Of a stretch of DNA of 64,000 nt, positions 58,006-64,000 are shown piece after piece. The stretch is from a virus. The stretch lies in the IMG/VR virus record IMGVR_UViG_3300005529_000026, positions 1-64,000 of that record; one strand, 5' to 3'. The position numbers were made by a program, and so were the translations under genes. Below the pieces are notes generated by a model that ran no database searches, was not told the origin of the DNA, and was given only the letters and a program-made list of their open reading frames with translations. The number at the start of each line of letters is the position of its first letter. The first letter of the stretch is position 1.

Positions 58006-58364
58006 TACTCCTCCATTAGTGGCTTATGATTTGCGGTCGCGTCGTCCTTCTCTTTACCGCACACTGTGCAGCGAACAAATGTTCGGTCATCAACGTTCTC
58101 TGCCCATTGCGGTTCGTGACACTCTTTGAAGTAGAGGAGGCCGCGAATGCGTAGCGCCGCTGCTTCTAGGCGTTCGGCGTCAGACAAAGTGAAGCGCTGC
58201 AAGTCATCTTCTGAAGGCTTGTACTCCTTCGCAATAACCGCTCGAACCATTCCTTCACTACCGGCCCGCACAAGCTCCGGCTGATAGAACGTTGTCATCT
58301 TCTCGATGGCTTGCAGCGCGTCGTACCAATGAATCTTTGCGTCTACGTTTGCACTGCGCGACAC
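58005..58364 (-). CDS. hypothetical protein with C-terminal zinc ribbon
   Basis: RCTVCGKEK. Confidence 0.6.
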   Translation of the reverse strand: MSRSANVDAKIHWYDALQAIEKMTTFYQPELVRAGSEGMVRAVIAKEYKPSEDDLQRFTLSDAERLEAAALRIRGLLYFKECHEPQWAENVDDRTFVRCTVCGKEKDDATANHKPLMEE

Positions 58365-60059
58365 TTACGCTCTCCTTCGGTTTGGTTGCTGCGCGAAGAA
58401 GCGATTCAACCGCGCAGTTACGTCGCCCTTCGACGCTCCGGGCGGGACGTTAATCTTCAGCCGCTTGCACAGGTTTAGCTGCGCTCTGCTAGGCACATCG
58501 TCTCGCCACGCCGCATCTCGGTTCGTCAGGTTGGCGTAGAACTTTCCGCCTAGCTGTCTCACCATTGCATCAGCGTTCGCAAACGCACTCTCTAGGTCAT
58601 CTGCAATCAGATGAACCTGCGCACCACGCACCGTGCCGATGATGTGATACTTGTTCAGCAGGTCTTTGGTGATGACGAGTGTTTCGCCGCCGTGCATGTA
58701 GAGCACGTACCCCTCGTTATCTAGGGTAGGCACCCAACCGTTACTCGAATGCTTGACGACCTCTGGCGAGTAGGTAACCCGGAATAGGTCAATTTCCTGC
58801 GCAAAAGTCTTGAGCTTCGTGATGTCGGTGAGTTGGTTGAAATCCGCATTCGGGTGCTGTTGCTGAGCCGCTTTTATTTCTTCTAAAGCAGCAACCGCAG
58901 ACTTGCCCTTCAAGTCGAGCTTGGGGTTCATCCCCAGCAAGCCCGGCAGGGACACGAGGCTGTGCTTCATCGTGACATCCGCCACGTCGAGCACAATGCA
59001 ATCCGTCTTAGCTAGAGGAACGCCTTTCTTTCTAGCTTCAACCAGATTGTCAATGCCTTCTGGAATGCGAGTGCCGCGCCCAATCTGCTGCGCGAACATC
59101 AACGGGCTTTTCGTCGGGCGAGCGGTGACAATGCAGGCAAGCTGCCAGTCATCGTAGCCTTCAGTGAGCACGTTGCAATTGCAGAGCACACGCAGCGTCT
59201 TCGCCTTGTGTGCCTTCAGCTTTTCCTCGCGGCTTGGGTCATCGCCCCAAACCGCCTGCGACGGAATACCGGCCCGCATAAACTCATCTGCTAAGTCCTT
59301 GGCGTGCTGAACATCCACGCAGAACACGACCGTTTGCCGGTCTTGCGCGTACTTCTGCCAGCCCTCAACAATCAGCCGATTGCGAGCAGGAGTATTGACC
59401 GTGCGGCCAAGGTCACCCGTCTCGAAGTCGCCAGCGCGGGTCTTAACACTGTCTAGGCTGGTATCCGTCGTGATGCGAATACCGCGTAGGTCAGAGAGCC
59501 AGCCCTGCTTAATCGCATCTAGAATGGACATCTGGTAAACGATTTCGTCGTAAACCAGATTAAGCCCAACTCCGTCACCACGATTCGGCGTTGCCGTGAC
59601 ACCAACAAGCAACTTCTTGTTGTTGTCGGCCAGCAGACCGAAGTGGTTGAAGATGCGGATGTAGCTGTCAGCCGTAGAATGGTGCGCTTCGTCGCAGATG
59701 ATTGCGTCGAATTCTTCAGGCTTAAAGCGCTTGAGGCGCTCACTGCCCTCGCGTCCTAGAGTCGCAACGGACGCAACGATGACATTCGCGTTGGTGCTGG
59801 TCCACTGCTCGGCCTTCTCGATGTCAACATTGTAGCTTGGATTCCACTTGCGAATTTTGTCTACCGCTTGATTGACAAGCTCCTCGGTGTGAACCAGCAC
59901 CATGATGCGCCCACGGAGACCGTGGTGATTCGGTAGGTTTGCGAACACGACCGTCTTTCCAGTGCCGGTCGGGAGAACGATAAGCTGCCTAGTGACACCT
60001 AGGGCATACTTGTTGTAGCTCTCCTTCAGCGCGGCGTTCTGATACGGTCGGTTAAGCAT
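58365..60059 (-). CDS. superfamily 2 DEAH-type helicase
   Basis: RPYQ, PTGTGKT, DEAHH, TATP, TEGYD, QQIGRGTR. Confidence 0.95.
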   Translation of the reverse strand: MLNRPYQNAALKESYNKYALGVTRQLIVLPTGTGKTVVFANLPNHHGLRGRIMVLVHTEELVNQAVDKIRKWNPSYNVDIEKAEQWTSTNANVIVASVATLGREGSERLKRFKPEEFDAIICDEAHHSTADSYIRIFNHFGLLADNNKKLLVGVTATPNRGDGVGLNLVYDEIVYQMSILDAIKQGWLSDLRGIRITTDTSLDSVKTRAGDFETGDLGRTVNTPARNRLIVEGWQKYAQDRQTVVFCVDVQHAKDLADEFMRAGIPSQAVWGDDPSREEKLKAHKAKTLRVLCNCNVLTEGYDDWQLACIVTARPTKSPLMFAQQIGRGTRIPEGIDNLVEARKKGVPLAKTDCIVLDVADVTMKHSLVSLPGLLGMNPKLDLKGKSAVAALEEIKAAQQQHPNADFNQLTDITKLKTFAQEIDLFRVTYSPEVVKHSSNGWVPTLDNEGYVLYMHGGETLVITKDLLNKYHIIGTVRGAQVHLIADDLESAFANADAMVRQLGGKFYANLTNRDAAWRDDVPSRAQLNLCKRLKINVPPGASKGDVTARLNRFFAQQPNRRRA

Positions 60060-60063
60060 TTAG

Positions 60064-60381
60064 CTATCCTTGGAAGATGTTCGAGCGCCACACGCGGATA
60101 GGGCTTCGCGTGCGTGAGCCTTGGCCCAGACCGTCGCCGGTCGTGAACGACTCGGTAGCAGTAATCAAGCCTTCGCGGGCAATGCTATTAAGCACTGGGC
60201 CTACGGCGTGGTTATTCCTTGCTGTTGGGTGTGACCCGGAATCGAATTCTTGCCACACATCAATCGCGCTGAACATATTCTTCCGACGCGCAACTCGAAG
60301 CACGGCGTCACGGAATGCCGCCTTCCATTCAGGGTCAGCCGCCGCTTCTACGGCGTTCAAAATTGCTGCGGTAGTGCTCAT
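60064..60381 (-). CDS. winged-helix-like hypothetical protein
   Basis: FSAIDVW...AVGPV...AREGLI...VWRS. Confidence 0.65.
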   Translation of the reverse strand: MSTTAAILNAVEAAADPEWKAAFRDAVLRVARRKNMFSAIDVWQEFDSGSHPTARNNHAVGPVLNSIAREGLITATESFTTGDGLGQGSRTRSPIRVWRSNIFQG

Positions 60382-60629
60382 ACTGTCTTCCCCACGGCCC
60401 AGTAGACCGAATCCCCAGACGGCATTGAGCGGTTGAGAATGCGAACCGGGCTAGATGGGTCTAGATTGATTTCGCTCACTCGTGTTCTAAAGGCACTTCC
60501 GAATGTCGCGTGCAGATTGTTGCTTGAGAATTCCTGCCCGATGTGCTCCTTGAACAATTCAAGGATTCGAGCTTTCTTCGTGAGCCTTACTGCCGTCTGT
60601 TGGGAAACCAGCCGTTGACAAATTCCCAT
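60378..60629 (-). CDS. small HTH protein
   Basis: KARILELF...FRTRVSEI; start uncertain. Confidence 0.5.
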   Translation of the reverse strand: MGICQRLVSQQTAVRLTKKARILELFKEHIGQEFSSNNLHATFGSAFRTRVSEINLDPSSPVRILNRSMPSGDSVYWAVGKTV

Positions 60630-60910
60630 TTCACTCCCTCGTCGGCGTTGATTTCTTGCCCGTCTCGTAACGGGCGAATGATGATGTAGCGGTCGTGCAG
60701 CGCTTGATGGCAGCGCTTGCACATCGTTATCATGTTGTAGCTGGCGTCATCCCCGCCTTGTGAGCGGAAGGTGATGTGATGAGCATTAAGCTGTTCGCGG
60801 GCTTTGCACCACGGCACTTTGCAGCGCCACCCATCCCGTTGATGAACCCTGTCACACAGCTTCTTGTATTCTTTTTTCGGCAGCACTAAGCGGCTGCGCT
60901 TGGCCCTCAC
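60587..60910 (-). CDS. HNH endonuclease
   Basis: RDGWRC...HHI.FRSQGG...N..T.CKRCH...H. Confidence 0.92.
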   Translation of the reverse strand: MRAKRSRLVLPKKEYKKLCDRVHQRDGWRCKVPWCKAREQLNAHHITFRSQGGDDASYNMITMCKRCHQALHDRYIIIRPLRDGQEINADEGVKWEFVNGWFPNRRQ

Positions 60911-60912
60911 TG

Positions 60913-61578
60913 CTACTCCTTACCCTGATTCTCCGGGTAGTTGTTCGGGTCTTGCAGGTAAGCCACGCAGATTAGCTCGATGCACTTCGCATCGTTGATA
61001 TCCATTAACTCTCCGGTCTCAGCATCGCGGGTGTTGCCGTACATGCGCCGGACTAGCTCAAACGCCGGGTCAACGGTTTCATCCTTTACTGAGCGCGGAA
61101 TGCGCAAGTTCAGATACGTGAACGGCTCCATGCCGTCCTGCGCTCTAACTTCCTGCACCTTGTTTTTAATGGTTTCTAGAGAATCACCTTGAATGGCCCC
61201 GGCGACTAACTGCTTCATCTGTTCGCCATGCTGTTCAGGGTTGAGCGTGAAGATTTCCTTCAGTTTGGAAATCTTTGTACCTTTCAAGTCGCCGCGTGAC
61301 AGACCGAGCGTCCTAGCCTTCTTAGCAATGTTCGCTAGGTAGTAAGCCTGTCGAGCGCTCATGTCCAAGCCGCTCTGTTCTTCAACCCACGCGCCAAAGT
61401 CATAGCCCCAATTGCGGGCGTAGTCTTTCTCCTGCACTTCAAGAAGCAGGTCGCACAAGTCGAAGAAGTTGTCTTCTAGCTGGCCCTTGATTTGGGTGAT
61501 GCGTTCTTTTACGAACTGCGCTCGCGCCGCGACTTCAGGCGTGAACGATGTGACTTTCACTTCGATTTCAGTTGTCAT
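60913..61578 (-). CDS. hypothetical helical DNA-binding-like protein
   Basis: 221-aa ORF; LDMSARQAYYL. Confidence 0.7.
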   Translation of the reverse strand: MTTEIEVKVTSFTPEVAARAQFVKERITQIKGQLEDNFFDLCDLLLEVQEKDYARNWGYDFGAWVEEQSGLDMSARQAYYLANIAKKARTLGLSRGDLKGTKISKLKEIFTLNPEQHGEQMKQLVAGAIQGDSLETIKNKVQEVRAQDGMEPFTYLNLRIPRSVKDETVDPAFELVRRMYGNTRDAETGELMDINDAKCIELICVAYLQDPNNYPENQGKE

Positions 61579-61590
61579 CTAGGATTTTCT

Positions 61591-61657
61591 TGGGGTGACG
61601 GATGGGACTCGAACCCACTACTGGCTGAAGCCAAGTGTCTTCCATACTTCCGTCACC
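61591..61657 (-). ncRNA. tRNA-like RNA with His-type acceptor end and no canonical anticodon loop
   Basis: GGTGACGG/CCGTCACC-CCA, T-arm GTGGG-TTCGAGT-CCCAT, short TGGC-TTCA-GCCA hairpin; 67 nt. Confidence 0.7.
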
Positions 61658-61662
61658 GTACT

Positions 61663-61752
61663 TGGTGGGGGCGGGAGGAATCGAACCTCCATTCCCCGTA
61701 GGGGAGGCGGTTTTACAGACCGCTGGACTTAGCCAGTTCGTCCATCACCCCC
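61663..61752 (-). tRNA. tRNA-Tyr(GTA)
   Basis: GGGGGTG/CGCCCCC-ACCA, GCGGT-CTGTAAA-ACCGC, long variable arm, GGAGG-TTCGATT-CCTCC. Confidence 0.93.
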
Positions 61753-61761
61753 GGAAGGCAA

Positions 61762-62055
61762 TTACTCCGCGACCGGAGCTTCTTCTTGGTTGGCAGTTGC
61801 CTCTTTGAAGGCGTCGTAAAGCGTCTTCAAGAAGTTGTCGGCAGCCGCGAGCATGGGCTTGAATTGCTCAGCCGACATCGTGCTCACCGCGATGGCGACA
61901 AAGTTGATAGCGATGAGTTCGCGCATCTCACCAGACGAATACTGGTCAAGCACTTTCGTCAGTGCTTCGCTGTTCTGATTGCGCACATCTTCCGGCTGAA
62001 TACCCAAGCCGGTAATTTCTTTTTCCAAGCCTTTTAAAGCGGTTTCAAATGACAC
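61762..62055 (-). CDS. hypothetical protein
   Basis: GAGG SD, GTG 62055. Confidence 0.65.
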   Translation of the reverse strand: MSFETALKGLEKEITGLGIQPEDVRNQNSEALTKVLDQYSSGEMRELIAINFVAIAVSTMSAEQFKPMLAAADNFLKTLYDAFKEATANQEEAPVAE

Positions 62056-62057
62056 AA

Positions 62058-62257
62058 TTATTTTCCTCTCTGAGAATTGTCCGTGACTTTCTTGCGAATG
62101 ACCTTTACCGCTCGCTTGCACACTGTGCAGCGCCAGCCTCCTAGACCGCCAAATTCGGTGACCTGTGCTGTCTTCCAATCTTTACGCGCTTCTAGCGGTT
62201 TCTTTTTGCAGGCCCGCCGCAATCGGCGCAGTGATACGTAAACTTCGGTGACGCCAT
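62058..62257 (-). pseudogene. small zinc-finger protein split by a frameshift
   Basis: MASPKFTYHCADC then, in the -1 frame, ...LGGWRCTVCKRAVKV; switch at A5 run 62203-62207. Confidence 0.55.
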
Positions 62258-62265
62258 TTCTTGCT

Positions 62266-62655
62266 TCACTCCAAGTAGCACGCGGACATGCCGTGCTCGT
62301 TTAGAAGAACTCCTCGTGCGCCCTTGACCGGCTCGCCGTCTAGAGTCCTAAATGTGCTCCCCTCGTAAGGGTTGTATTTGAGCTTCACTGGGAAGCCCTT
62401 CTTGTCGTTGTGGTCGGTGCCGAACGCACCTTTGCTTCCGGCTAGAAAACCTACGGCGAAAGCGTGTACGTTCTTACGCCGCTCGCGTAGAACTCGTTGC
62501 CGACCGGCCTCTCTAACGATGAACTGCACACCTGTCAGCAAGACGCGATGACGCCGGGCCATGACCCGTCCGTTGCGCATGATTGAGTACAGCGGGCGGG
62601 CTTTCTTGCCATGCTTGAGATTGCGGTAGACCCACACTCGCTTCGGTCTTGACAT
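62266..62655 (-). CDS. conserved phage hypothetical protein
   Basis: VYRNL...EAGRQRVLRERRKNVHAF...YNPY. Confidence 0.75.
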   Translation of the reverse strand: MSRPKRVWVYRNLKHGKKARPLYSIMRNGRVMARRHRVLLTGVQFIVREAGRQRVLRERRKNVHAFAVGFLAGSKGAFGTDHNDKKGFPVKLKYNPYEGSTFRTLDGEPVKGARGVLLNEHGMSACYLE

Positions 62656-62662
62656 CGCCGCT

Positions 62663-62800
62663 CTACCAAAACTTGCGAATGAAATGCACAGCCGTGTAAA
62701 TCACCCCGGCCCAGAATGTCAGCCAGAGAAGAACCGGCGTCAGCATCACGCCTAGTGCGAACAAGCCGCCTATAATGCTTCCTCGATTGTTGTTGCGCAT
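62663..62800 (-). CDS. small membrane protein (45 aa, not in ORF track)
   Basis: GGAGGAG SD; hydrophobic core. Confidence 0.6.
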   Translation of the reverse strand: MRNNNRGSIIGGLFALGVMLTPVLLWLTFWAGVIYTAVHFIRKFW

Positions 62801-63249
62801 AACTCCTCCATTGATTTGATGTACTGATACTTGCGCTTGTTAAACTGCTTTTGTGTTCGTCGTTCGTGACAGTTTGCGCAGCGTACTTCACATTTTGCTA
62901 TCTCTGCTGTTATTGCCTCTAAGCCGCAAGCAGTCATGCCTGTAACATCGCGCTTCTTCTCGCCAGTAACGTGGTCGAACTCAAGCACCAACGGGTCAGC
63001 TTCGTCACAATCCACACATGGGTGTGTGGTCAGGTATTCCATCATGTAGGCGAATGCGCGGGAGCGGCGTTCTACGCTTTTAGCGCTGCGGTATTTCTTG
63101 CGGTCAATTTCCGGGTCTGCCTTTTTCCTAGAGGCGTGAATACCTTTGAAGCACTGCCTGCACTTTGACTGACGCCGCCCTTTCTCCCTGTTCTGGAAGG
63201 CAAAGTCATCATCAGGCTTGTTATGATTACAGCCGTTGCAGATTTTCAA
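62770..63249 (-). CDS. HNH endonuclease with N-terminal Zn finger
   Basis: CNGC..CRQC, CVDC...LEFDH...CANCH; TTG 63249 start likely. Confidence 0.88.
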   Translation of the reverse strand: MKICNGCNHNKPDDDFAFQNREKGRRQSKCRQCFKGIHASRKKADPEIDRKKYRSAKSVERRSRAFAYMMEYLTTHPCVDCDEADPLVLEFDHVTGEKKRDVTGMTACGLEAITAEIAKCEVRCANCHERRTQKQFNKRKYQYIKSMEELCATTIEEAL

Positions 63250-63260
63250 AGAAATAGTTT

Positions 63261-63610
63261 GGCGGGCATTGCACCCCGCCAAGGGCGTTGAGGAACTGAG
63301 TCGCCGTCACTCAGTGCGTTAGCTGCTGATTAAGCAGCCGCCGCAGCCATAGCCAAAGGCTTGGCAGTTGTTTTTGTCCGCTGATTACGTCAGTCGGCTC
63401 ACGGATTCGTCCATAGCACCTTCAACCAACCCGTCGAAACTTGGCACGCCCATCAAAGCCGCTCAGCCCATCTATCGCATGATGGCAGTCCCTAGAAGCA
63501 CAGGTGCGCTTAACTGTCCGGGTCTGTTGTTCTGAGCGGCTATGGTGGACGTGGCGGGCATCGCAGCCCGCGTCCGAATCGGTAAAGCACTACTTCATAC
63601 GAATCAATCT
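63261..63610 (-). ncRNA. ssrA: circularly permuted (two-piece) tmRNA
   Basis: Acceptor piece ending CACGTCC-ACCA (63543) lies upstream of 5' piece GGGCGTG..TTTCGACGG (63451); G3.U70; tag AKPLAMAAAAA* at 63365-63330. Confidence 0.9.
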
Positions 63611-63618
63611 TGGTTGGT

Positions 63619-63810
63619 CTAGGTGTTGGCGTACATGATACCGCCGACGACCAACGTGATGACCGTGAACACGACAAGCCCAAAAACTCCGTCTGCATGC
63701 GGTCTCCAAGTACGTTTGAACGTCGCTAGGAGAGTAGCAATGAGAATGTTCACGACACCTACGACACCGAAAAACAGAAATGAATCCGCTAACATTCGCG
63801 GAATTGACAT
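63619..63810 (-). CDS. small 2-TM membrane protein
   Basis: GGAGG SD; two hydrophobic helices. Confidence 0.7.
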   Translation of the reverse strand: MSIPRMLADSFLFFGVVGVVNILIATLLATFKRTWRPHADGVFGLVVFTVITLVVGGIMYANT

Positions 63811-63950
63811 AAGACTTCCTCCGACTAAAAAGGCGCGGCTTGGCTCAACCGAGACTTGCTATCGCTCTTTCGAGAACCAAGCCGTACTGCGCCTAGATTG
63901 GCTCTCGGCCCTGCACCTTCCGCGCTGTGATTTGCAGTGAACCCTCTAAG

Positions 63951-64000
63951 CGGTCACTCAGGGAATCGAACCCTGTTCCACGTTTTCCGTGAAGTGTGTC
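63951..64000 (-). ncRNA. 3' part of a second tRNA-like RNA (truncated by window edge)
   Basis: T-arm CAGGG-TTCGATT-CCCTG, TTCACG-GAAAA-CGTGGA hairpin in place of an anticodon arm. Confidence 0.55.

Noticed and set aside
61591-61657. tRNA-Sec or opal suppressor (TCA in loop, 8-bp acceptor)
   Set aside because: Loop is only 4 nt; there is no long variable arm and no G73.

Overview
The window is a contiguous piece of a large tailed dsDNA phage genome, apparently a long non-contractile-tailed type. No integrase or host flank is visible. The host is tentatively Acidobacteriota, inferred weakly from one small nucleoid-protein-like ORF. Layout: (1) 1-5.4 kb holds tRNA-Lys, two XRE regulators, a MazG-like pyrophosphatase and a family A DNA polymerase. 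(2) 5.6-40.7 kb is a + strand late arm: terminase, a JAB metallo-isopeptidase, a cluster of fibre/decoration-like genes plus a glycosyltransferase, portal, scaffold, capsid, neck, tail tube, a frameshifted tail chaperone, tape measure, an acyl carrier protein, a large tail-tip protein, then nucleotide and membrane genes. (3) 40.7-64 kb is a mostly - strand arm: ThyX, two glycosyltransferases plus an epimerase, muralytic enzymes, class II RNR, RecA, endonuclease VII, primase-helicase, SF2 helicase, HNH nucleases, tRNA-Tyr and an RNA-gene cluster. The most interesting signals are non-coding. A promoter- and terminator-bounded ~80-nt RNA at 55.1 kb carries a seed complementary to the hairpin-sequestered ribosome-binding regions of both the major capsid and major tail genes. 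There is also a circularly permuted two-piece tmRNA, two tRNA-like RNAs with no canonical anticodon loop, and a recurring GTAGACA regulatory motif. All calls come from manual reading; no database searches or folding programs were run.
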